Source: Anthoceros angustus (taxonomy: Eukaryota; Plantae; Anthocerotophyta). From it: a stretch of DNA of 64,000 nucleotides. A program made the position numbers and the translations under genes. The notes beneath the pieces are model-generated. The model saw only the letters and a program-made list of their open reading frames with translations. It did not search any database and was not told the origin of the DNA. Numbering within the stretch: position 1 is the stretch's first letter; each line of letters opens with the position of its first letter. The stretch is taken from assembly GCA_010909165.1 (NCBI GenBank), contig VJWM01000108.1, positions 248,001 through 312,000 on the forward strand, given 5' to 3'. This document shows, piece after piece, positions 49,668 to 59,904 of this stretch.

Positions 49668-50824
49668 GGAGCTCAGTTGCTCCTCTTCACCTCGACCCCC
49701 TGGTCCCTTTGGTTGTCCCCTCCTAGATGGGCTTTTCCCATCGTTTTTTCACCTCAGTAAAATCTTCCCCTTTTGAGAGCATCTTGATCTAAATTCTGAT
49801 TTTTTTTGAATTGTGCAACATTATGAAGACCGTTAACGGTGTTGCCAAGAATTAAGCTGACTGTCACACTATATACCTTGTCTTCAAGTGGCCCATAAGC
49901 CTCTAGAGCAAACGCATCAACTCAGTTCTATAACTTTATTTTCAAATACTCACAATAATCCTTGTCCCCAATTTTGCAATGATAGTTTAGAACTCACAAT
50001 ATTCCTTGCCCCCTACTCTCCCCCTCCTATGTATGTCCCGCCTCTCCTTATTGATTGCCAAGTATTCTTGGTAGCCTACTCCAATTCCATATTTGTGTAG
50101 TGTATACATTCAATATAATGATATTATCATGGATTAATCATATCCATGCATCACGAGTTAAATTAAATACTTTGCTTATGCAATATATAACCAACTAACT
50201 TCTCATATTCACTAAATTATAGAGCTGGATCTTCTTAGTGGAACATTGTAGACATATTAATAAGTAGAGCTTGATCTTTCATATTCATGGTTACCTTTTG
50301 CAGTTTTTCTCATCAATAAAATAATCTTAGAAAACGTCGATTTGCAACGTATTTAAAAAACCTGATGGAATACTTATATAAATAAATAATTATAATAAAT
50401 TAAATAATAGATAGATAAAATAATTTCCGGATGTAGAATAAATACGATAATCGGTGTTCGTGCCTACCGTGGCTCAAGTGTCAGGCCTTGGCAAAACGGT
50501 CGTGGTGATGTCTAACGGCTCGTAACAGCTGGGACACACAACAGGCTTCCCATTGCCCAACTGGCCAGCTTGCTTGCTTGCTAGCTGGCTGGCTGGCTGG
50601 GCGTTCAGTCCCCCCTAGCTCGGCAGAGCTGGAGAAAGCGATGCAAGCTTTTCCCATCCTTTCCCGCGGGTGCAGGTGCAGGTGGCGGTGCTTCCTGGTG
50701 GCCAATCGGCCCAGATCTGTCCAGCTCTGAGCGCAGCCAGCTCTTGTCATCTAGCTATGCGGTGTGCTTGCAATTGGCAGCTGTAGCTGCGAAGCAACCG
50801 GGAGAGCTAGGCTCGCAGGTCAGG

Positions 50825-52010
50825 ATGCCAAAGGCGAACAAGTTCAAAGCAGCATTTCACGCTAACCTGCAAGGCTTCATCTTCAATGCCAAATTCCAGC
50901 ATGCTCAGTACGGATTCTTCCGGAATGCCAAAGCGCATTCCTTCAGCGTTGCGGTGTCGGCCAAGCTGCATGGCATGTTTCTGAATGCCAATCTTGCTAC
51001 CTGGAATCTGGTCGGACAGACCAAGTCTCGAATTTCCAAGCTAAGGCGGCTGGGATACTCCGTCAAGTTCAGAGTGAGGCACATTGGTTTGAAGTGTAGA
51101 GGCCTTCACGTTCGGTGCAAAAGCGTGCTCCGGAGATGGCCCACTTCCTCCAAAGTTAGGGCCTCCGACTCTGCTAATGTAGGCAGGCAACAGGATCTGG
51201 ACAGGGCGTGGTTTGAGGGATCCGGTTCTTCTTCTTCGTCTTCTTCTGCTACCGCACTTTCTGCCATTCCTCACGGCTTATTCCGTAATCCTGAAAAGCT
51301 AGCTCAGAACCTCGAGGAGGTTTTCCGCAATCCGGAGAAACTGTTGCAGATGGTTGCGGGGGTGTTCCACACGCTTCGTAGAAAGCTGCCGTTCAGCTGG
51401 TTGAAAGACGTTGGAAAGCTCTACCTGTCTGAGGTACAGACCAGCTCATTTGCTAGCTTTCGTGTCACGTGTTTGCAAATTGCAGCAACCAGGGCGCAGG
51501 CGCGGGTGTTAGGCCCTGGAAAAGCTGTAGATTTATCAGCTTCCAGCTGCGACATTTCAGATATGTCGGGTTTGCTGACAAGAGGTTCAAATTGGCTTCT
51601 GCAGGGACAACTACCAGGCTTGGTAGCGTACTTGGCGAGCAGACAGAAAGGAGCTATGCTCATTCAAGCCCTCTGTCTGGTGTCCACATTGGTAGTTCTG
51701 ATCCAGCTGGCTATTGCTGCAACTACACCTAAGCTGGCCCTGTCCATCTCTGTGTCCGCCATCAGCCTTGGAGTGTGTCTTGACTATATGAGCCTCCTAG
51801 CCGCGGGCATTTGGAAGCTCTGGGCAGAGAGTCAGGGCATCACCTTGCCCCCGCAGGTTACCACACTCTGCATCTGCTTTGCGGCTCTCCCTGCTTCTTA
51901 CTCTACCTGACTCTGTGGTTGTCGTTGTGCTATCTGTTGTGCAGATCAAACGCATGTTCTTTGCACCAGATTCAACTCATCGTAATCCAAGAGAGACAGC
52001 AATAGCTTAG
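50825..52010 (+). CDS. Orphan protein with C-terminal hydrophobic (TM) segments; exons 50825-51856 and 51945-52010
   Basis: Long ORF (50744-51910) whose first ATG is at 50825. An 88-nt GT-AG intron joins in frame to IKRMFFAPDSTHRNPRETAIA*. Two hydrophobic stretches (ALCLVSTLVVLIQLAIAA; LALSISVSAISLGVCLDYMSLLAAGIW). No family recognised. Confidence 0.6.
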
Positions 52011-52404
52011 AAGCAGTTGTCCAGACGCGTTCACATCGACATCCGCAGTAGGGATGTCGTGAATGTCTCCAGTGGCAGGCATGCACCTCTAGCTGCGAGA
52101 TCAGTGTATCTAAACTCACAAGATGTTCAAACATTTTTGTATCACAATGGTAATGTCATATCGCCTTAGCATCTCCTTCCAGCCTCTCATGCCCTATAAG
52201 AGCGCCGTTCTTGATCCTCGTGTTTGTTCACTCATTATATATCTGTCTTTTTGCGCCCCTAGAGTTGTACCAGAGCTTGCTTCTCGAGTGAGGGGTTGGG
52301 ATTAAATTTGTTGCGCCTGGTTCTGCTATGACCTAACTCACATCCTCACTTGCTGGGCCACTGGCGAGCGCTGTTGTCTGGAGGGGAGAGAGAACCTAGC
52401 GAGA

Positions 52405-53031
52405 ATGACCGCCTTGAAGTTCTGCCGCAACCGGTAGTGACCATCTCCCTCTTGTTGCTGTGAAGTCGGATTTGAGCTTCTTACCGACCTTGAACCATGC
52501 ATGTCTCCATGTTGCAGCAACAACATACTTCATCCTAAGCAAGAAAGGCCGACAAGAGACTCTTGTACACATGTACTGGGTGTGATTACCAGGTGCGTGT
52601 GGCAGGCAAACGCTCACGATGTGGAAATTGGTAGAGATGTTTTGGTTAGTTTCTCTGGCGAATTGAGCGTCTGCTTGCTGGTGTCATCAACTCAAGCAGG
52701 AGCCAGCGGAGAATAACTTCGTCTAACACCTGGAAATCGAACAAACTGCAGAATCGAGCTTGCAGCTCGTGCAAGATGTGAGGTCACAGCCGGCGCTGCC
52801 TAAAACCAAGTCCATCCGCTGCAAAGAATGCCGGCATGTTGAACCCGGCTTCTTTCAATGTTAGCTCCTGACCTGGATCTTGGTTGGCACTTGCTTACTC
52901 CTCCTTGAGCTGCACTTTCTGAATGATGTATGATGTACTGTTTGTCAGCGCAGTACAACCAACGGGAAAAGAAAGCGCTCCCTCCCTATTTCGTGTGCTG
53001 CGAGTGCGGAGATACCTGGTCACCGGCGTAG
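52405..53031 (+). pseudogene. Divergent RNA polymerase subunit 9 (RPB9/NRPB9-like); exons 52405-52433, 52518-52592, 52700-52859, 52949-53031; disrupted as assembled
   Basis: MTALKFCRNR|NNILHPKQ.KADKRLLYTCTGCDYQ|EPAENNFV*HLE...DVRSQPALPKTKSIRCKEC.H...FFQ|...YFVCCECGDTW. There is a -1 frameshift in an A-run (~52545), an in-frame TAA at 52724-52726 and Arg in place of the second zinc-ribbon Cys. Confidence 0.75.
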
Positions 53032-53413
53032 AAGCGGGCGTGGATCTCGGCCTCAGGTCTCACCACCTGGAGCCTTATCACCATTCTACGAGTTTTGAAA
53101 TAGCAGTGTCTTTTTGCAAGGCCAGCTGAGCTGCATCTTTTGTTAGCTTAACTCGTTTGCTAATGACTGTCGTCCCATGCTCCACCATCCCACCAGTGCA
53201 TTGTTCACAAAGTACGAAAACAGAAGTTGCTTGGTCACCTCAGAGTTTGTTGTTGTGGAAGGACTGACAAGGAACGGCATCGTTGGTGGTGTGTCGAGTT
53301 TGTGGAGATCATAAATGTCATCTTCCTCGTTTACAGTCTGGCTTCTCCAGAAGGTCCTGCCTCGCTACATCCGAGCACAGGTTTCGCTCCCTTCCATTTA
53401 GTCTAAGTTCTAG

Positions 53414-56400
53414 ATGGACTATGTAGATGCTTTGGAAGGTCGTTTTGTTCGTGGCACGAACTTCGTGCCGATCCGTCGCTTCAGGTGACTTAAATCTCGT
53501 TTTCTATGCTCTGCATTTTCTACGTACCGTATGCATACAACAGTAAGTGGTGTCAGCAGCTTTAGTTTCTCTCTCCTCTCTCTAGTTGTGAGCGAGAATT
53601 TCTAAACGGAGGCTACCTCAGAGATTCCTCCGCAACTGCAGATTCTGCGCACCAGTACAAAGTCAGGACTCCTCACAGGAGCATGCCTCTCGGAGAAGAC
53701 ATCACTGCAAGACGTGCAAACCTGCTCTTTTTGATTGATCAAGGTCTCAGCTGGGCGTGAATCTGCCAGCGCGTGGTAGTCGAAGAGGGCTGCGAATGCG
53801 AGGATGGTCGAGGGTCAAGGCTGTGGCGTGCTCTGGTGGTGTTGCTGCTCGTAGTGAGCCAGTGGGTAGCACGGGTGGATCATCAGGTGTGGAGAGCCGG
53901 TGGTGAGGGAGGTGGCCAGAGCCACAGCCCTCACCACCATGCTGCTGCCAGCAGGTTAGGAGGAGGTCAGGTCCAAATGGACCGCCAGTGGGTACCCTAC
54001 ATGGGATTCAAGCAGGATGCGCAGGATCAACAGCGCTTCAAGCAGCATCTGCCGGGTTCCATTATGGCTGACCGGGTTCCAGGAGTCAGCGCCGCTGACG
54101 CCTATGCCTCTCGCCAGCGTATTTCAGACTTTCTGCTTCGTTACTCCACGGCTTACGACCTGCTACCAGAATCTGGCAAGGTCCGACTGTTTTGTTGTTG
54201 GGCATCAGCCTTCATAGCCAGTTCTGCAAACTATGATATTCTGTTTTGCACTACAAGCGCTGGATGCTGTTTTGACGCATTTGCTTGTTGGGTATTTGGT
54301 TGCTAGGTCGTCAGTTTCGATATTACGTTGCCTGTGAGGCAGGCGTTTCATGCCCTGTACGAACAGGTAATGGAGCTGCTCACGATGTGCCTGTAGCTGT
54401 GTTTCTTTCGCTGACCATTCTTTGCATCCACTTCGACAGGGTGTTCCAACGGCTCCACTGTGGGACTCAGAGAAGCAAGAGTTTGTGGGTATGCTGACTG
54501 CCTCTGATTTCATCATTATTCTCCAGCAGGTACTGTTTACAGTCTCGTTGGTTGTGCATCTCTGTTGTTTTGCGGGGATGACATGGTTCCTCTCAAGTTT
54601 TTTATTGTTGCCCGTGGAAGCAGCTTGGTAATAACGGAGCGCTACTGTTGGAAGAGGAGGAGCTAGATACGCACACAATTGCGGCTTGGAAAGAAGAGAA
54701 GCTGGCTCTTGCGAGACAGATTGATTCTTCTGCAGAAAAACGACCCTTTCTCTTTGTGAGTGGCCCGTGGCGTCCCTTGTCGTAGATCCCTCTTGGGTGA
54801 TGTCATGGATCCTTCTTCTTTGATGACGTGCTATTGCCTGTAGGATCTCACATGAGGGTGTTCGTTGTTTGCTGATTCTGGTGCAAGGTCTCATGGTATT
54901 TGTCCCTGCAGGTTGATCCTGATCATTCTCTTAGGCAGGTAGCTGACCTCTTAATGGGGAATGAGGTAGCCACTGTACCAGTATTGCATTTCAATGGTTC
55001 GGTGCCAGAGTTACTTCATCTGGCTTGCCTCTCAGGGATATTGAAATGTAAGGATGGTGCGGTCATTCTGCGTGCTGTGTTTTCAAAAGTCTCTTACTTG
55101 AGGGTGACTCTGAGTGAAGAATGCCAGTTGTCGCTGATGATGAGGTCCTTGTTTACTTATGCATAAACTCATGAATTAGGTATCTGTCGACATTTTAGGC
55201 ATGCGGCTGGGTCGCTCCCACTCCTATCAGAATCTGTAGGTTGTCTGCAACGCTTTGGAAGGCTCGGAACCTGGATTCCGGAGTTCAGTGATGGTACCAG
55301 CAAGCCCCTCGCCACGTTACAAGCTAACGCTCCTCTAATATGGGCATTTGCTCTTATGCTGCAAGGTAAGTACTCAGAGCTGTACTTTGGCGGTTCCTAT
55401 GCCCTGTGTGACGGAACACCGTAGAAGATTGGAGCATTAACAGTCTGCAGTCTTGATCGTCTGCAGTTCAAGTGGGTGGCCTGCCCGTCGTTGATGAACA
55501 GGGTTGCCTACTTGACGTATACTCTAGAAGGTAATATGAAGTAACTGTAGCATGAAAGTATGACGGTTGTGTTTATTCCTGGGTTTCATATGATCACAAC
55601 TGTGGCGGTGATATGGCAGCGACATAATTGCCTTGGCAAGAGACCAAACCTATGCAGACCACCGCCCCTACATCAATGGACCGTTGCTCAGGTACTGTAA
55701 AGCATTCATCGTCGAAGTGTCATCTACGTCAGTCCACTGTCTCTGATTTCGTCCCTTGGGATCACCAGGCTTTGCAAATAAGAAAGGATGCTCAAGTGGC
55801 CGGAGCGTCAGCCAGTGCAGCTGGTGCTCGATGTCAAATCTGTCGGCGTTCAGATACTCTGCGATCCATCATCGAACGTCTGGCCCTTCCTGGTACTGCT
55901 CGCCACCACCTCTTCTCCAACCCTCACATACCCGATTTCAGTGATTCGGTGCCAGAGTTACTTCATCTGGCTTGCCTCTCAGGGATATTGAAATGTAAGG
56001 ATGGTGCGGTCATTCTGCGTGCTGTGTTTTCAAAAGTCTCTTACTTGAGGGTGACTCTGAGTGAAGAATGCCAGTTGTCGCTGATGATGAGGTCCTTGTT
56101 TACTTATGCATAAACTCATGAATTAGGTATCTGTCGACATTTTAGGCATGCGGCTGGGTCGCTCCCACTCCTATCAGAATCTGTAGGTTGTCTGCAACGC
56201 TTTGGAAGGCTCGGAACCTGGATTCCGGAGTTCAGTGATGGTACCAGCAAGCCCCTCGCCACGTTACAAGCTAACGCTCCTCTAATATGGGCATTTGCTC
56301 TTATGCTGCAAGGTAAGTACTCCAGAGCTGTACTTTGGCGGTTCCCTATGCCCTGTGTGACGGAACACCGTAGAAGATTGGAGCATTAACAGTCTGCAGT

Positions 56401-57007
56401 CTTGATCGTCTGCAGTTCAAGTGGGTGGCCTGCCCGTCGTTGATGAACAGGGTTGCCTACTTGACGTATACTCTAGAAGGTAATATGAAGTAACTGTAGC
56501 ATGAAAGTATGACGGTTGTGTTTATTCCTGGGTTTCATATGATCACAACTGTGGCGGTGATATGGCAGCGACATAATTGCCTTGGCAAGAGACCAAGCCT
56601 ATGCAGACCACCGCCCCCTACATCAATGGACCGTTGCTCAGGTACTGTAAAGCATTCATCGTCGAAGTGTCATCTACGTCAGTCCACTGTCTCTGATTTC
56701 GTCCCTTGGGATCACCAGGCTTTGCAAATAAGAAAGGATGCTCAAGTGGCCGGAGCGTCAGCCAGTGCAGCTGGTGCTCGATGTCAAATCTGTCGGCGTT
56801 CAGATACTCTGCGATCCATCATCGAACGTCTGGCCCTTCCTGGTACTGCTCGCCACCACCTCTTCTCCAACCCTCACATACCCGATTTCAGTGATTTAAC
56901 ATGAGATATATGCAGGTGTCAGGCGTGTCATCTGTGTAGAGGAAGGCAACCGTCGAGTCCAAGGCGTGATAGCTCTAAGAGATGTCTTCCAGTTTCTACT
57001 TTCTTGA
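53414..57007 (+). CDS. SNF4: SnRK1 beta-gamma subunit SNF4-like (CBS domains; degenerate N-terminal CBM48), containing an internal tandem duplication
   Basis: [24 protein letters not shown]|[20 protein letters not shown]|[30 protein letters not shown]|...[12 protein letters not shown]|CICRHFRH...|[15 protein letters not shown]|[30 protein letters not shown]. The 5' exons are uncertain. Confidence 0.85.
55000..56896. repeat. Tandem duplication C inside SNF4 (55000-55946 and 55947-56896)
   Basis: The copies are about 99% identical by eye, with three single-base homopolymer indels and one substitution noticed. The junction has imperfect homology ATTTCAATGGTT / ATTTCAGTGATT. Confidence 0.95.
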
Positions 57008-57581
57008 GGAAGCATTACACCAATTGAGTAGGTCTTCCCAAACGACGCCACGAAAAGCAGGAAGATCCGGTGAGCAGGGTCCTGGAATCAACCCATTCCA
57101 TTCTGCTGTTAGCTGACAAGTACATGGACATGGTATTTTTTCGTTCAGGAACAGGGGGGCCAGATTTGAATCGTCCCCGTCTGCCCATGCTTTTTCCGTG
57201 GGGTCCTCATTATTTTATATGGCTGTCACATTGACACTCTCTCTGGACAACGGCACTTTGTCGGCCTTCGCTGCCGACTCTGTCGCCATTGTCCATTTGT
57301 ACAGAAAGTATACATTACATAAAGCGCACAGTTTCTCGCACGACCGCCTTTGAAGTGGCTCCTGTTTATTATCTTCTAACTGGTGTTTATTATCTTCTCA
57401 CTGGTGACAACGACAATTCCGTCCTTTATCCGAAAGCGACAATTCTTCTCAAAAGGTTGCTTGCTGTCCAGTCCTTTCAATGACGTTCTCCTAACTCCTA
57501 CGTACATGAATCCCGCAAGGTTCAGGGGATCGGAACAAGCTTATGTTCCCGCTGCAAAATTGAACTACCCAAAGCTGCTTC

Positions 57582-58517
57582 TCAAACCGCTTCGGCCAGT
57601 TGCTGCTGTCGTTTGTGCCAATCAACCACCCGCTGGTAAGGCAATGTCCCGCCGAAAATATCAAGAGCGCTTCCAACCGTGACATCCACCCTCCCGGCGC
57701 CAGCCACTCGAATGCGCTCCAGGTCTGCCAAGCTCGACGCACCGCCAGCGTAAGTCACAGGAATCGGAGACCACCTGCCAAGAATCTGCACAAGCTCGTC
57801 GTCGATCCCGAGCTTCTTCCCCTCCACATCCACGCCGTGCACCAGAAACTCATCGGCAGAGAGAGCTAACTCCGCCAGCGACTCCTCACTCAGAGCCAGC
57901 TCGCTGTACCTCTGCCACCGATCCGTCACCACCACGTACCTCCCGTCCTTCTTCCTGCAGCTCAGATCCAGCACCAGCCTCTCCTTGGCCACGGCCCGCA
58001 CCAGCTCCGCCAGCCGATCCGCGTCCATCCTGCCATCTCGGAACACGTAGGACGTGACGATCACATGGCTAGCCCCCGCGTCCAGATACTCCCGCGCGTT
58101 CTCGGCCGTGATCCCTCCGCCTACGTGCAGTCCTCCCGGGAACGTCCGCAACGCCTCGATAGCCGCAGCCTGGCTGGCGGGATCTGCCCCGAGCATGATC
58201 ACATGCCCGCCGATCAACCCGTCTCGCTTGTACAGATCCGCAAACTCCCCCGCAGATGCTTCCGACTCGAAATTGGTCACCAGGGATGCCGCCTCCGGTG
58301 CTCCCGAATCCGCCAGATCCCGGAGCGTGGAGCCGACGATCTGCTTAACCTTGCCCTGGTGAATGTCGATGCAAGGCCGGAACCTAACGCTCCGGTTACC
58401 GCTCCCGCTGCTGGAACCGCGTACTGTCGCCATAGCCGCACCGCGGAGTTGCGCCGGCGCCACGGAATGCACGTGGTGCTGCCATGTGCAAGCCAGCCTG
58501 CTCACCTCCATCGACAT
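57582..58517 (-). CDS. HISN3: Phosphoribosylformimino-5-aminoimidazole carboxamide ribotide isomerase (HisA/HIS6 type; plastid transit peptide), intronless
   Basis: [80 protein letters not shown] and [11 protein letters not shown]. Confidence 0.95.
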   Translation of the reverse strand: MSMEVSRLACTWQHHVHSVAPAQLRGAAMATVRGSSSGSGNRSVRFRPCIDIHQGKVKQIVGSTLRDLADSGAPEAASLVTNFESEASAGEFADLYKRDGLIGGHVIMLGADPASQAAAIEALRTFPGGLHVGGGITAENAREYLDAGASHVIVTSYVFRDGRMDADRLAELVRAVAKERLVLDLSCRKKDGRYVVVTDRWQRYSELALSEESLAELALSADEFLVHGVDVEGKKLGIDDELVQILGRWSPIPVTYAGGASSLADLERIRVAGAGRVDVTVGSALDIFGGTLPYQRVVDWHKRQQQLAEAV

Positions 58518-58804
58518 CACACCTTCTCCTCCTCCTGCTCCTGCACTGGCAACCCTAGTACCTCATACATCGCTAAGTAACTCAAGAAGAACGGGATAAG
58601 CACGTCAAGCAAGACGCTGCCGAATCCAACATTGCTGGTGCACAAATTTGTGTGGATTTTGCTGCCCTTCCAGCCGATCGGTTTCCACTTGGTTCATTGT
58701 CGCGTTCCTGCATCCATGTCCTGCATCTCGCGCCTCGAAGAAGAACCTTTTGCCTGCATCTTCTTCTTGGATTGCTCGGATTGCGTGTTTTTCAGCCGTG
58801 CGTT

Positions 58805-59904
58805 TTAGGCTAACTGGCTGCTCCCCGTGGGCGACGAGGAGAGGAATTGGCCCGACGAGGAGGAGATGAATTGGCGCACAGATTGGCGGAGCAGATCGAC
58901 GTCCCGCGCGAACTCTTCCAACTCGCCTCCTCGGTGGAGCATCAGCTGGCGCTCCATCCTCTCCAGTGCAGCCTCAGCGTTGGAAACCTGCACCAGCTGG
59001 TGGCGCACCTTCTCGTCACTCAGCCTGGCCAGGCTCTGCAGGGCCAAGATGGCCTTCTCCATGGTGTCAAGCTCCTCCCCGCTGCTCTCCGCCAGCCTCA
59101 CAACAGCGGCGATCAGATCAGGCGTGAAGAACTCCTCAACCTGCATCCCGGCGTCCGCCAGATCTCCAACCAGCTGCACGCACTTCCTCCGCAGCCTCAT
59201 CCCCTTCCCCCCGTCCCCGATGACGCGCTGCAGCAACCCGGCGCCGCCGAGGCGGCCGAATCCTTCCTGCCCCTGCGGCAAGTCCTGCACCAACGCAGCC
59301 ACGGCGAAGAGCGCCTTCCCGCCTCCTCCTCCCTGCCTTCCTCCACCAGCCGCATCAGCCTCGGCAGCGCCCGGCCTCCAGCACCTCCTCCTGCACCTTT
59401 GCGTTGTTCTGCACCGCCGTGCCAAGCACCCAGGCCACCATCGCCTGCACCTCCGCCTCCTCCCCCGCCAGCCCCGCCACCAGAGCCTCCACTCCCCATC
59501 CCTCCCAGCGCGTTCGCGTTCCCCGTCTCCTCCACCAAAAGCAGCAGCTCCCGTAGCCCGAACATCCGCTCCTCCAGCCCCTCCTTCCCGAGCTCGGCTA
59601 TGGCGGCCCGCATCAGCTCCGCGTCCGATTCCTTCTCCAGGCTGTCCAGCACCTCCCGGATCCCCGCCTGCGCCTCCCGCACCCGCTCCGACCCCGCGGC
59701 TGCCTCCTCCGCAACGTCCCTCAGCTTGCCCGCGTCCGCGTGCCCGATGGCCCAATGCAACATGGCCTCCATGGATCCGAATCCGCCATCTTCTACCTCC
59801 CAAGGCACCCCCGTCTCGTTCCCATCCTCCCCCGATTCCGCAGGGGCTGCCAAGCCCCACAGCAGCACCACCACCACCAACAACAACATCACGGATCTTG
59901 CCAT
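58805..59904 (-). CDS. SIL1: SIL1-like (Fes1/HspBP1 family) ER nucleotide-exchange factor for BiP; signal peptide, intronless, two compensating indels as assembled
   Basis: Signal peptide MARSVMLLLVVVVLLWGLAAPA, then GGFGSMEAMLHWAIGHAD, LLLLVEETGNANAL, AWVLGTAVQNNAKVQEEVLEAGAL, KALFAVAAL and MRLRRKCVQLVGDL. The frame switches near 59500 and 59330. Confidence 0.85.

Noticed and set aside
33060-50460. Terminal inverted repeats or Helitron ends for the TE island
   Set aside because: Only weak AT-rich similarity near the CCGGA motifs; no convincing TIR, TSD or hairpin-CTRR end.
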